Of a stretch of DNA of 64,000 nt, positions 35,874 through 49,800 are shown piece by piece. A model generated the notes under the pieces. That model was not told the origin of the DNA. It did no database searches and saw nothing but the letters and a program-made list of their open reading frames with translations. A program made the translations under genes and the position numbers. Origin of the DNA: Amoebophrya sp. A120 (lineage: Eukaryota > Protista > Dinoflagellata); the NCBI GenBank assembly GCA_905178155.1, contig CAJINV010000003.1:7063612-7127611 (forward strand). Direction: 5' to 3'. The stretch's first letter is position 1; every line of letters begins with the position of its first letter.

Positions 35874-37795
35874 TCGCCAGAGCCGGAGCGCTTGAGCACG
35901 GAAGCCTGTGGCAATATTGGTAGTGGCGCGCTACTTGCTTAGTATTTTACATACGTCATGATCTGTTCATTACTTCTTTCCAGTCGCCGTAGTTACATAC
36001 AAAAATCATATAAATAAGCTGCGGGTGAGCGACTCTTTCGTGGTACTAGGAGAAACAGAAATACAACAATAATTACAAACTCGGCTATGGCAATAGCCAA
36101 ATATCGCGTATATCGTTCAAATAGAAATACGAAGTTCGAGCTGTAGCTAGACTCCGGCCTTGCTTTAGTATCAATAACACACTCACGCTGACAAAAATAT
36201 GATCTGCGCAAAAATGTTAAATACGCAGACAAAAACCAAATCTTCGAGCATTGAGATTGACCTTGACGTGCCTGCTGCTGGACGACATGATCTTCAGAGA
36301 GATAGACATAGTTGTAGATCCAATTCGCTACGCGACGGTATCTTTGCATATTTCTTTATCGTGCTGAAGGCTACTTCAAAAGACTATGAGTATGATCTTG
36401 GATAGCTTGGCAAACGCGAAAAAAATGGCAAACAGGTGCAACTGCTCGGCTCTCATACAAAATTAGAACCGGCGGCTTTGCAGATGTTGATGATCGCAGG
36501 CATGTGATTACGTAGTGCAAGTGCTGCTGCTGCTGGAGGTCAGGTCGTGGTCCTGCTCCTGTTTCATCAAGGCTCTTCATTAGCAAACTTTTTTGTACAA
36601 GAGTCATGATCATGATCGTTCTGTGGCTCTACTACTACTTCTTTTTGATCTTTATATCTTATGGTCACTGTGTGTCAGCGTGTTCTTTCCCGATGATTCA
36701 CATGTATCGATATGATGTTGATATTGGCATGACAATCTCTGACTGTGTCGATCACTTCTAGGCTTGCCCTCATGTACCTACTTATACCTTATCCTAATCA
36801 GTCTGCATTTTCTTGATAAAATTGATTGCTTGCGACGCTTCTAGTTTTGCCGTGTGTAGCCGCAATTGTGGCGCAAGGCCTAGTACCGAACTAGCTACTA
36901 GGTCATTAAACCACAAAACATGACGGCGGTAAACAACACTTATGGATTTTTTTACGGACTACCATGGAATTTATTTGAGATGCATATTCATATTGGCATT
37001 ACAGAGGAAGCTGCCTTTGCATCAATCAGTATAACCTGCTCGAAGCTAATATGTACTCAGATCCTTCCAGAAGCTAGGCGAAAAGCAGAAGGCAGGCACG
37101 GACGAAACTCAAACTTCAAGTATAACAACTACAGCTTTGCCACTAAAAATCTGTTTTGTCAAATCATCTACTTTCCGACAAAAAAAACAAAAAATCGTAT
37201 AGCGTCATTCAGTGCGATTGGTTTACTTTTTTATTCATACTAAACTCGATTGATTTTATTGCGGTAACAATACAAATGAGCACGGTTGCGGTTCTCTTTT
37301 TACCATTTTCATCTTTCTAGACAACAACTTTTACTTTAAGGAATAACATCATTCTTTCGCTTCCTCTAGCTCGCGAAGGCGAAGGCAGAGCTCCAGCGAT
37401 CCTCCTCCTCGACGCTCTCGGACCACGTATCGTTTTTATTGGGACGAAGGGACAAACAACAAGAACTACTCCGCGCCTAATGAAAGTGGACAACTAGTAC
37501 ACGCCCCTCCGGTCATATGGATATGATTGTAGAATATCGTTGGTAAATTAACAGAGCTAGCAACGTCAAGTGTCCAGGTGGAGCTCCTCCATGATCAGGA
37601 GTTGTATCATGATGAATGATGCACACGGACACGTCCGAGGGGTTTGGGTTTGGCATAGGCATGGTCGCTCATAAGATGAATCAATAATTACTCTTGCGTA
37701 CTGTAGTCACGAGGACAACGCACACTCACACTGCGACATCAATATCAAAACCTAAGCATTTGTCCACAAATCAAATGAGCGGAGGGGAGTCGTGA

Positions 37796-40700
37796 TCAAC
37801 TAGTGTCATATGCCGACGTTCTCGAACGGTGATCATGGAAGCGGTCCGCGATCTGGAGCAACCTGCCAGGTCCGGCGGTTGTATCCTGTGGTCCGTGCGA
37901 CTTCTGATGGTCTTCGCGCGCCGCTAAAAACTGTTTCTTGCGATACTGCACGTTCGGAGTTATGGTGCGTGCGGTGGCAAACCGACTGGAAACAACGGCA
38001 CCACTTGGGAGATCCATGACAAAGATCCGCGAAGGAAGTTGTTGTTCCTGTTGTTGTGTATTTTTCGTGGATGAATCTGGTGCCGTCAGCTGAAAAGGAA
38101 AACTCCCAAGGACAAGCGCATCTTTCTGGAAAATCTCCTCGCGTGGTCCGACGGTATGCTTGGCTACTACGTCAACGTTGCTCCGCTCGTCCTCAATGAA
38201 GTAGTTCTCCTGCTGGTGGTGCCCGGTTCTTTCCCCTCGTGCTGCTGGTGGACGTCGAGCAGGAATCATTCTCTTTTCGACGAGCTTGCGACAGTACGCC
38301 CGCCATTGGCGCTTCCTGTGCGCAATGCGCAGCCTGCAGGAGTCGGGGAGGACCTCATGTGCGTAGCCGTTCAAACTAGCTTGTCCTTCCAGTGCAAACA
38401 CGACCAGCTCCGAGGGAAAAATCCTGCGCCTGCCGGTGGTCTCGAAAGGATGCGACGCACCGGTACCACAGCGACGAAACGGAAACGCAGTGGCCCCGAG
38501 GCCAATGGTTCTTCTCTTTTGTACCCACTGAACGTCGAGAATGCTACCGCTTCGGTCATCCAGAACGAAAACGGTCTCTAGCAGAGAAGAAGTCGGCACT
38601 GTTTTTGCTGTTGGTGCTCCTGCTGCTGCTGTGCCTCTACTAATACTGGGTGGTAGAGTCATTCCACTTTTGATATTTCCGGTCACTTCCTGGTCCTGGT
38701 CGAGCGATATATCTTCCATGCAACAAGATAAGGTGAACGACGGCGAGGAGGCTGCTTGGTCGTGTTTCATCCGAGTTGTAGCAGCACTACTAGTTGCACC
38801 TCCTCGACCAACACAATGCATGCTAGTACCTGCGAGCGCAGCTTTTCGTAGGGCTCTGGCGCGGAAGGCGGTAGATTTTTTTGTTTGCGCAACTGCAGTG
38901 GGTGCCCACATTCCCGCGAAGTCACGTACGTGGTACTGCTCGACGTCTGGACGCAGAAACGGAAGGTATCTCCGGCGGAACCCTTCCAGATAGGCTGCGC
39001 GTAGTTTTTCTTGCTGCGACCGAGCCCGACGGCTTGCTTGCTCGTCATGATCTAGTACATCTTCTTGTTCTTCATAATTGCAGACGGGAGCAGCACCAGC
39101 ACGAGGCGAACTATTCCTCCAGGTGGTTTTATTTTTTCGCGCATGGTCCAGGTCCTGTGCAAGGCCGGGGAGAATGCCCACGCGCCCGTCGACAGTAAGT
39201 GTCGGAATCGACGTCCCAGAAATATTCAACAGCATTGACGTCCTTCTTGCGATACTGATCTCATTGATGTTGTTGTGTTCTTTCCGAATGACGCTGTCCT
39301 TCGATGCGAGGGTAACGGCACCTCTGATATTTTGTTCCTGCGGTGATTGCAGGCAGCTCTGAAGGTGAATGCGCGTCCTCGTCAAAACATTTCTTGATGA
39401 TGATGCTGACGCCCACGACGGAGAAAGTTTTGCTCGGGACTGATTTTTCTGTTGAGCCAATTCCACCTGAAGCCTCGCATGATAATTGTACCTGCCAGCT
39501 CCTCGCAGTTGCATCTGCCGGAACGCCTTCTTCAGTTGTAACACACCGCGTTGCCGCTTTGCCCTGGATGTCGCCGAGATCAGTGAGAAGCTTTTGCACA
39601 GCTGCCCCTCTCCAAAAGTATTTGTATTGCTGTTGTCGAAAGCCGCGTTCTCGTCGTCGTTGCTCCTGCGGAGCGAGCTTATACGTCTTGTTCTTGAACA
39701 CGGCCGGAACAAAAAATTTCCTTGCTGCATCTTCTTCATTTGCACCTTTCCGGCCGTCGTGTTGTCTTTTACTTTTGCCATTTTCTCGCAACCTTTATCT
39801 TCTTCCGCTGCCGCCTTTTGTTCTTCTCGTAGAGATGACGATAAGGTCTCACCAGTAGAACTCTCATGTTGATGAGGACAACTAGAACTACAAGCAAGGT
39901 TGAGGCTTGCAAGCACCAGTTCCAACCTGCGGACTTCGCAGCTGATGGCGCCACGCACAGTTCCTCGGCTGTCCACTACTATGGCGCTACCTGCTGCCTT
40001 TGCCTTCTCGCTATCCAGATCCAACACGCCGTCGCCGGCTTGACCGGCGTTTGAAGGAGACACGACCTGCGATTTTTGCAGGGCACGGATGCGCCCCTCG
40101 AGAAAGCGCCGCTTCGCGTACTTAACCTCAAGAGCACCGGGCCCCGCCCGCCCCTGCAGCGGACAGATGATGTGACTGACGGGCACCGGACGGGTCACGA
40201 AGTGCATCCAGCTGTCCGCGTCGCAAAAAAAATGCTGCTGTGGTCGACGTGTTTGCCGCTGTTGATTTCGTTCTCGACCACCAGCTGTTGGCATTACAAT
40301 GCGGTGATCTAGTACTCCAGTCGGATCACGATCAGCTGCTTGATCGGTTGAAGCTGCGTCTGCGAGGTCCAGAAAAACAGCGCCGACACAAGGGCTTCGC
40401 AAGACCTGTGACGCGTCAGCAACATCCGCATTCAACGCCTGCGCCGCGCCGTCCATTGTCGGGATGATCGTGTTGTAGCTACGTGGACTATGTTCACGAC
40501 CGACAGAATTAGAAGCAAAACCGGCAGCCCGCATGGTGTGCGCAACACCGAACTCGTCCATAGCGACGCAGTACAGTGCTGGATCTTGTTCTACAAGTTC
40601 AAGAACACGAGGATGAGGGACCTCCTGCGTGCCTTGTTCAACTGCTTCCGTCGTCCCTGGACCTAGCCGTTCCGTGCTGCGGCGCCGCTCATCTTCCGTA

Positions 40701-41149
40701 CCAATATTTTTCTCCGGTTTTATTTTATTCGAACGACTTGTTGTATTTCTGGGAGAGAATAGTAGTAAGGGCTCAAGCTCGGGCTGGCGGCTGTGCTCGG
40801 AACCTTTGGGCTGGTGCATTTGCGCACACCGCGACTTATTTGCTGTAGATTGGTCCACCCCTTGAATATCAACAAGAAAATCTTCATAGACCAGCAACAA
40901 GTCGTCATGTGCACGGTCATGTTCGAAGGCAGGGCTTTTGGTTATTGCGCCGACCGCCTCATCTGCCCGAGCGTTGTAACGAGCGCATCCTCCATTCGAC
41001 GCGCTTCCCTGGCACCCGAACCCAGAAGAGGCGGTGTTTTCGTTTTGGCCGTGGTCCGTGCTGCGATCAGTTGTGCTAGCCGCCGTACTCACGGTGGTCG
41101 GCTTCCCTTTCCCACGATCCGGACTCTTCTTCAAAAACTTGTTTTTCAT
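37796..41149 (-). CDS. Hypothetical 1117-aa protein, apparently single exon
   Basis: Long uninterrupted ORF with an ATG start; no motif recognised. Confidence 0.75.
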   Translation of the reverse strand: MKNKFLKKSPDRGKGKPTTVSTAASTTDRSTDHGQNENTASSGFGCQGSASNGGCARYNARADEAVGAITKSPAFEHDRAHDDLLLVYEDFLVDIQGVDQSTANKSRCAQMHQPKGSEHSRQPELEPLLLFSPRNTTSRSNKIKPEKNIGTEDERRRSTERLGPGTTEAVEQGTQEVPHPRVLELVEQDPALYCVAMDEFGVAHTMRAAGFASNSVGREHSPRSYNTIIPTMDGAAQALNADVADASQVLRSPCVGAVFLDLADAASTDQAADRDPTGVLDHRIVMPTAGGRERNQQRQTRRPQQHFFCDADSWMHFVTRPVPVSHIICPLQGRAGPGALEVKYAKRRFLEGRIRALQKSQVVSPSNAGQAGDGVLDLDSEKAKAAGSAIVVDSRGTVRGAISCEVRRLELVLASLNLACSSSCPHQHESSTGETLSSSLREEQKAAAEEDKGCEKMAKVKDNTTAGKVQMKKMQQGNFLFRPCSRTRRISSLRRSNDDENAAFDNSNTNTFGEGQLCKSFSLISATSRAKRQRGVLQLKKAFRQMQLRGAGRYNYHARLQVELAQQKNQSRAKLSPSWASASSSRNVLTRTRIHLQSCLQSPQEQNIRGAVTLASKDSVIRKEHNNINEISIARRTSMLLNISGTSIPTLTVDGRVGILPGLAQDLDHARKNKTTWRNSSPRAGAAPVCNYEEQEDVLDHDEQASRRARSQQEKLRAAYLEGFRRRYLPFLRPDVEQYHVRDFAGMWAPTAVAQTKKSTAFRARALRKAALAGTSMHCVGRGGATSSAATTRMKHDQAASSPSFTLSCCMEDISLDQDQEVTGNIKSGMTLPPSISRGTAAAGAPTAKTVPTSSLLETVFVLDDRSGSILDVQWVQKRRTIGLGATAFPFRRCGTGASHPFETTGRRRIFPSELVVFALEGQASLNGYAHEVLPDSCRLRIAHRKRQWRAYCRKLVEKRMIPARRPPAARGERTGHHQQENYFIEDERSNVDVVAKHTVGPREEIFQKDALVLGSFPFQLTAPDSSTKNTQQQEQQLPSRIFVMDLPSGAVVSSRFATARTITPNVQYRKKQFLAAREDHQKSHGPQDTTAGPGRLLQIADRFHDHRSRTSAYDTS

Positions 41150-43883
41150 TGTGGTCAGATTCTGCTCTGGGTTCAGGTTTGTATACTATATTATTTCCAC
41201 CTCGCAATTATACAAAAAAAAAGTTTGCAGCTGAATACTTATATCACGACCATCTGCTTACTCCACCTGTTTGATGTCTTTGCCGAAGGTGTAGTAACAG
41301 AAACGAACTTGCTCCGACACGAGTGGGTCGTGGATGTGCCGTGGTTGTGGGTAGGAAAAAAAGTCACAAAAAAAAAGAAACTCCACACAGGAAACCGAGA
41401 AAAAAACAGAATATTAAGTAATTAACCGACAATCAACTACAAGGCTCAACACTTTTTAGAGGGACAATGTCGAAAACATCAAAAAGCACCGAACTGAAAT
41501 CCATGTCTTCGCAGAAAAATCCATATTCTTTCAATCACTCAACGCAATCTACCCGAAACTACGGAAACACGGACAAGACATCACTCGCGGTCGCGGTCGC
41601 ATTTCAAGGACAATGCCAAGGCGACTGCAGCACCACTAGAAATGGGACAATCATGATTTTAGTTAGCGGTCAAATCCTGTGACTTTCGCTTTTACAATCT
41701 ATTATTTAACTTCTTCTTTTTCGACCTTCCAACAGACGCGGAATTGCTCAATGTGCTTGAGTTCGTGCCCAACGAGCATTTCGAAGTTCCCTTAAAATAA
41801 AGGCGTCTGTGCTACATTTGGTTGTCGTCTTGTCCCGTTCGTGAAGGTGAAGACATGGAATCTAAATATCATTATTAAGTTCTCATTTTGAAATGGGGGG
41901 GTATTTTTTACATTACAACTAAAGCGAGTTCTATGCCATGCGGAGGCTCTTGCTGGTGGTCAGCAGTGGCCTCGTCTAAGACGACCTGACAAGAACCACG
42001 ACGCGAATAAACTTTAGCTTCTTTCGCAGTTTCCTGCTCCCTGCTTCTTTGTTTCGACGGCAATAAAGCACTGTTGGTTCTTTTTCTTCAGTTGCGCAGT
42101 TATCGACTATGATGGTCGGCACTGCTGCAGTAGCTGGGTTCATTGACCAACTTCTACAAGGGCCCCTCAGCCCCTCAAGCTCTCCTTGTCGTATTTTTGT
42201 CCCTGTGGTTAATCTCGAACCGGAGCAAAAGCTGCGCTTACTTTGCCACTGTACAACATGGCTACAGCTAGAGGGGGAGCGCCAAATATCACACTACAAC
42301 CTGCATTGCATGGCGGCACAGGCAAAAACTTTGCTACAACTACCTTCCATAATAGTAAGCCGACTGCTCGCACTTACGGCACTGTTGCCTCCATATTCCA
42401 TCTTCATTGTTCATCATGTATTGAGATAAACAAGAATTAGGCTGCAGCATTATAGAAAGAAACTTCAACGCAAAAGAAAGTGGGCACTGGACAGCCGATG
42501 ATACGACTTCGATTATATTTTTCTGTTCTGTTGCTCATTATCATTTTCGCCACGAAATGCAGCCGCCCTCACAGCCCTGCTGCAGGCAGAGTTTTTCACA
42601 TCGAAGCTCCTGTGTCGGAACTGCGACACCAACCCGTCGTGGTGGACGGAGGTAAAGATACATATCATGACTCGGAGTCGCAACAAGCTCTTCGTCATCT
42701 GTCGTGTTGGTGTTGCGAGTCTCGTCCGCCTTATATCAAGTTTTGCTGGTGATGAAGATGAACATGAAGTAGGTTAATTGATGATTGAAAAAAATACCCA
42801 CAAGCTAGTGGTCTCTGAGGAGTAAAGCAATCAAATCGAGTAAAAACAACACCAGCAATGCCCTTAGTACTAACTTACTTGCTCACAATTAGTACCCACA
42901 CCAATGTGTTTGTGCTGAGGCGATATACGTCGAGATCGAGATCCTCCAATCAATTGCATTACAAGCTGTACCTCGGTCATGGTTTTGCTACTGCTAAAAA
43001 TGAAAAACAAAGAAGGACGCTCCAAAGCGCAGTGGCGTCCTAGTTTTCCTTTTCAATCGTCGCGTTGTTTGTGATTGATGATAAATACTGCTATGAATTT
43101 AGCTACATATACATTTATTCATCTGATTTTCACAGTCACTGCTTATTTGACTTAGCTTTTGTTACTCCACGAGAACCGAAGCCGTTACGAGTCCATAAGA
43201 GCAGACTGTCGACCTCAACCCGTCACCCAAGGAAGGAACTTTTAAGCAACAGAGATTGAGGTAAAGCCAAGCGGTCCTCAAGCCTTAATCTTAAACCGGT
43301 GTCAGGAATTAATTTATTTGAAGCAGCACGCTCGTGATCGTGGTCAGCACGATGATACCCTCTAAAGGAGGACCGCACTGAGACTGCCTGACTTAAATAT
43401 TTTTCGAAGTTTGCAGTTGAAAAAAAAATCCACTTGTTGAACTTTTTGAATCATCGCGCAATCTTCATATTTCCAGGAGAGTCAACATAATCACTTTTCG
43501 CTCGAGGTCCAGAAGTAGTGAGTAGAGCATGTTGATGAGGCCCACTGCGTAGTACTTCTGGGATCTCGACAAACAATATGAACTACTTAAGCTTCGGCGT
43601 CTTCAAAAGGTGTCCTCAACAAAAAGTATCAACTACGAACGAATCAGCATCTTGGTCGCATGACGATAAGCTGAGGCATACTTAGATAAAGCTAGTATCT
43701 GATATAGATGCGAACCGAACTAGGACGCACGGCAGCTGATAGCTCTGAAGAGAAGTCAAGTCACGAATTTGAATTATCCATTACATAATCGATAACGATA
43801 TCGAACAAGACGAAGACACCGTTACAAGTTAGGAGTGCGTAGAAGTTGGCGGAAGTCGTGATTGTCACTATGTCTTCTTCCCG

Positions 43884-46800
43884 TTACCTGTCGAGCTGGA
43901 ACTGTGGCGGTTCAATTCCTTGATGCGACATTGGCTCAGCACCCGTGCCTGTCATATTCCACGACGGGCGCCGCGCTCCTGGAGGAGCGCCGCCTTTGTT
44001 TGCCGGGTTATGCTGCGGACTTTGTGGAAGGTGACGCAACGAATCCGGTATCAAAAGCAAAACTTTCCCCCCCGTGTCCGTCTCAGTCCTCGGTCGTCCC
44101 ACGCTGAGTTTCACTTCTTTCGTAAATTGATGAGCCAGAAGATCCAGCAGCATAAACCTAATGCAAATACAACAAGTTCTTTATTTACTGACTTAAACTT
44201 ATTGATGCCTTGTCGCATTCTTCATTCTCCCGAACGAGATTATGCCTCCGCGATCGCGGCATCAATGTACAACTTACTATTCACATCTAACTGTGGTGGT
44301 GTCGTAACTACTTGCAAGAATAGGAGCTTGCGTTTGCTGGCACCATCACCATGACCATGCTGTTGTCCTCGGATTTCCACAAAGACAGAGGCTGCAAAAA
44401 GCGACAAACCTAAGGTTCTATGCACTCATGATCCAAAAATACCTTTACCTCTATGAAAGGACCTTAGGGCGGCGGAAAGAAGCGCAGTGGAGCATGGGAA
44501 AAATGCTGGTACTGCTACTGTCACGGACACGAGCATTTTTTGTTCCTTTTCGTAGTTTGCAAACCCTTGGCATTCATGCGTCGCGCGTCATCCGCGTGCC
44601 GGTTTCGGCGTAATTCTTCCAGCTTTAGCCACGACTGCAAGCTAAACCAGCCGTCGTCTGCGGCACATCTGATCTGTGCGGCTCTGTTGTATGGACAATT
44701 TCAATTATTTGGAGCGTCGAGGTCATGGCTTACGCAAATGCACATGTAGGAATAAAAGATATCTAAACTATCACTGTATCATCCAATTATGTTGCCACAC
44801 GAAATAGAAATTCCAAAGCAATGTAGGAGAGGCCGCTGGTGCAGGATGATTCATCGGATTCAAATCTAGCGGCATCAAAAATAAACACGAAGTTAAGCTC
44901 CAATACGAGAGTCGCCCTTTTTCCCAGTCGGATGTGTTTGCGATACGTTTGTCGGTCATGCAAGGAAAACCGAAGACCTTACATAGTTGCCGCAGAGTAA
45001 GCTCTCTTATAAATTGGAAACACTTCATTTCCTTGGTCGGGAAAAACACATTGGCCTTGCAAAAACTAACACCCACAGTACCCACCGGCAGTAGTAGACA
45101 CCTTTAGCTTTATATTTACAGAAAGAAGGGATGGCTCCTGACGAGGGAAATGCATCGAGAAGCCAGCGCAACCGGGGGCAAGCCCGCAACCCTTTATGTT
45201 TGTTGGTTTCCAGGCCTTCTGTGCCTGCGTGAGGAAAAAGCAACTGCATGACAAGCTAAGTGCACTTATTTTCCCGACCAAGCCACTGACACAACTGCGG
45301 TGCATATCTCCTCCCTGAGGCTGATACTCGCGTGCAATTTCTGCCGGATCCTTTAGACCAGCAAGACCGACCCCAAAGCTTTTTTGCATCCTGGAGAGGT
45401 GCTGCGCTATTCCACCGACCAAGGCCTTTATTATCGTTCGGGACATGAGCACCTGGGTGTGATTAGCATTCTGTTACTAATAATTTCATCAAAATACAAC
45501 CACTTCCAGTACCACATCGATTAGATTGATATGAAACATCATCATCAACATCAAATCAAAGAGCGAAGGCGGTGCTGCCCTTAAAAAGTTAGTAGTCTTT
45601 GCATTGCTCGAATACCTGAACGACAGAGTCGGGCAGCTGGCTTGTCCGCATGCTGTGTGTGCGGAGCAGCAGCACTTTTGCTCGCTATTGTGTGAAAAAA
45701 ATCCCCTCCCCCTACAAGAACAACTTCAACTTTTAGAGATAATCAACTTTGTCGTCCTCGTCCATGATCATGAGCATACCTCCAGACGCCAACTGCGCAT
45801 TGATTTACTGAAAAGCAAACTCTAACTCCCAGCTGTGAAACCATAATGTTGACATATAAGCTGCCCGTGCAGCTCCGAGTCATCGCAATTACAGACCAGG
45901 CACAGGCAGCAAGAACGAATATGGACGAAATCAGCTTCACTTGTGTACTAGAACTAGTAGAGCTACTAGAGAATTCCTTAGAATAAACTTTGATCGCTCA
46001 GCATGATGAAGTTGATTCGTGTCAGGGGTGAAGAAGGCTCATTTTCTTGTTGATACGGGTTCGCCAGTGGTTACGTTCGCCTGCGCAGCAAAGACCAGCA
46101 GGGCCGCGTACGGGTAGTCATCGCTCGTATCTGGATTGTGCTTCATGTCCAAGCCCAGAACCTAGTACATATTACAGTTTTGTTTTGATTTGATGACGCA
46201 TTCTTGCACGTCGCGCGATCATCTTAGCCTACTTCCACCAGGAGCGCTTCGATAACAAAAGGCAATCAATGTCTGTGATGTCCAGCTCAGACATCAACGT
46301 CATGGACGACGAGGAGCTGCAGTACGAACACTTAACAGGAGAATCAATCGATGTAGTAGTTTTCCATTCTTGTACAAGAACTACGTCTGGACAGCACGTA
46401 CTATCGTAGATCGTAGTCCCACGTCTTACCTTCTGATTAAGCAGCCAGTTCTCAATCCGTGGGTAGCGATCGAGATCGTCCGCGTTGACGGGCCCGACTA
46501 GAGAATATTCGATACCGTCTAGCCATCGCTTGTCGTCTTCCATGCCTTTTTCCACGAAGGGACACGCGAGCAGATCGTTCACACCGTTCACCACGATGGA
46601 GGAAGACCCGGACGGCGACGGAGCGGGTGAGGACGCTACCCAGTCAACGGGCGCTGTCGTATCAAACTGAAATATAATCGATCTGGGTTCGGAGGATGAA
46701 TAAAGCAGACTGACACTTCTTGAAGATAGATGTGGCCAAGCAGTTTATTTTGCACCTGCAACGTGGATCATGAAGGCCTAGAATACATAATTTCGATTTG

Positions 46801-49800
46801 GATCAACATGTGGATGTGCATCTTATAAAAGCATATCTAAAATAAAAGCGTCGCGGAGCATGACAAATTCTGCGGAGGCTTCCGCTTGTAGTCGTTCCCC
46901 ATGCCTACTAGGCATGGAGAACGACAAGCCGGAGCCTTCTGTGTGATACATCAAGCCCGCCTCTCGTCCTAGAGATAGACCCAGACAGATTTTTTGCAAC
47001 GCTTATGTCATGCCCGTCTGCAATTCCACGTTGATGCTACTGCGTCCGCTACCCGCACTACCGCTTCGTGGAAGCTGGTCATCGACGTCCACAGGCTGGT
47101 AGTTGTCGCCTACGCCTGGTGGCCCCGTTGCGGCACTTGTACTAGTAGGAGCTCCAGCGGACAGCGGCACCGAGGTGGAGGAAAGGAGGCGCGATTCGGG
47201 ATTAAAGTCAGGGCGCGCCGGGCGCTGCGGCTCGTAGCTCGCGTAGGAAGAGGAGCGATCGATTTGCTGTCCTCCAGGCGCCCCGTCCGGAGCTGTTTTC
47301 ATCTGGATCGTATCCTCAGTCGTCGCAGTCGCTCCTCCTCCTCCAGCCGGTGATGGCGCTCCGCCTCCCGGCAGCACGTCAGCAGAGGCCTGGTTTTTTT
47401 TTTTTTGAATTTCATGCTTAACCGAAGAAGATTGCTCTGTCTCTGCACGATGATTCTCTTTCTTATGACGGTAAAAGCAGAAGTTCGCCGCTATCGTGAT
47501 GCGCCCGCTGATGCCGAAGAGTTGTGGCCGTAACTGCTGGCGCTGGGCTACATCATGATCATAGATTGTTAGTCAACATACGCCCGTCGCGTGTTTCGAA
47601 GATCGTAAATCAGCGTAGTGCAGCTGGTTTCATCTTCACCTCGTAATGCTACTGCACATCAACATCAGAGACGAGCCATTTGAATTTATACCTGACTCGT
47701 TCTCGAGGCGATGCTACTGCGCACCGGTGGGCCCATTTTCTTGCCTGTCAAGACTCCTTTCTTGCCGCCTCCAGACGGCGTCGAGCTGCTGCTTACCGAT
47801 CCGGAGGCTGTGCCTCCGAATGGCGGAGGCCCCGCAGAATTATCTCCGCCGTTTGGTGCTCCTGCTGTATTGTGGAGGGGGCCTTTTTTGCCGCCCGCTC
47901 CTACGGTGGAGGAGGAGGAGGAGGTGATGCTGCTGCTTCCTGTTGCTACTCCAGCCCCGCTGCCGCTACGGTACGGCGCGCGTCCATCAGGCGGACTTGA
48001 GGACGAGGATGATGCTGGAGCCCAAGAACCCTTTTGGTTCTGCTGTTGACCTCCCGCGTTTGTGCCAGCGCCTGCGCTTGTAAGGCCACTGCCTTGGTAA
48101 TTTTTTCCACCGTAGCCGCCGCTACTCTGCGATGGTGCTGAACTACTGTTGCGCATGCTGGAGGAAACGACCGGGTTGTGTATCCCGGGAGGTGCTGCTG
48201 GACCACCGCCCGCCTTGCCACCGACTGCAGTTGAGGTTGACGCCGGTCCACCGCCGGAAGTTGTAGATCCTGTCTTTCCATTTCCCGCACTACCGGCCTT
48301 ATTCTGATAGTAAGATGAGGAGCTACCTCCACCGGACGAGTTGCTGCCTGGCTCCATCATCCGATCCAGGTCGGCACCACCGCTCCCTCCCTTATGGATG
48401 CTGTAGTGGTGCTGGTGTTGAAGGTGCGCATGGACTCCCTTGGAGTTGGAGGCCCCCCCATTGGACACTGCGGAACTGGACGAAGAACTACTACTTGTGC
48501 GCGGGTGGTGCATCATCCCTTTGTTTGGCAAGTGGCCTGCCGGAGGTGCGTTGGCAAAGGCCCCGAACGAACTCGGGTCAAGGGGTGACACCTGCTTGTA
48601 ATAAAATTTAAGAAGTCAGTTTCTCAATCTAGTCTGAATTCGTCGTCCTCGTCGCATGATAGAAGCGGATGAAGAACATTAATACTGATCATGGTGCCGG
48701 CTTCTATCAAGAAGAAAGAATCGAATAGAGTAAACATCGAGTTGTACTAGCACTTCTAAACAAAGAAATAGTACCATAGACGCCGCGGCAACGGCATTCA
48801 ACATTTGGCCATGCATTGCGGCCGCGGTGGCGGCCATTTCCATCTGGACCTGTGCCTGCTGCGCTTGGGCCACTGCAAGCTGCTGCTCCGCAACTGCCAT
48901 TGCGGAGAGCTGCTGCTGCTGCATTGCGAAATAGATCTGCTGCTGCATCTGCTGCTCCGCAACAACACCCGGTGGCACGACGGGCAAGATGCCCGGTGCG
49001 CCAGGGACTACACTTCCAGGTCCTGCACCGATTCCTGGCGGGGGCTGCAACGCATGATGCAGCCCAGGGGCTGCTGCCATTATTCCGGAAGGAGGACCAC
49101 CTCCAGCAGGACGACCCGTCGAGGCTGCCCCGCCTCCGGGAGTGGCGCCGATGAGCTTGCTCGCAGTAAGGGCGCCGATCATCGGCTCGGTACCGGGGGG
49201 GCCGCCACCCGGCGCCCCTCCTGCACCGAGAGGCGGCTGCAGCTGCTGCACTAGGGCGGCAGGGACGACCGCCGCCGAATTTGGGTTAATATTTGACGAA
49301 GCGAGTTGTGCCCCCCCGGCGCCGGCATCTACAAACGACCCCTTGCTCAAAACATGATCGGCTTCGGTGAGTGGCTTCGACACCACCCGGGCCTGCTGTG
49401 CCTGGGGAATGAAGGCGGGGGCGTTCGCGGAAAGCTCCCCGGTCGGGCTGGACTCCTTGGACTTGGTGGTGCCGTGCGTGTGCGTTCGACTTGTCGACGT
49501 ACTACTTGTGGCGGCCGCGGCCCCTCCAACTACGGGCGGTAGTTGTGGCGGGAGCGCCGGGGGAAGGGCTGGCGGGGGGGTCAGGGTCCGACTTCCGTCG
49601 GTGGTTGTGGTCGTAGGGTTAGTGTTAGGATCCATCGCACTCTCCGCTACGCTCTTGTAGGTTCCCGAAGTGGCATTTGAGTTGGTTTTTGAATAGGGTG
49701 GGGGCGGTGGAATGCTCGACGCGCTCGAAACCTTGGACGACGTTGCAGTATTGACGAGCGCCGTAGCACCGCCAACGGAAGCTCCACCATTTTTCAACTG

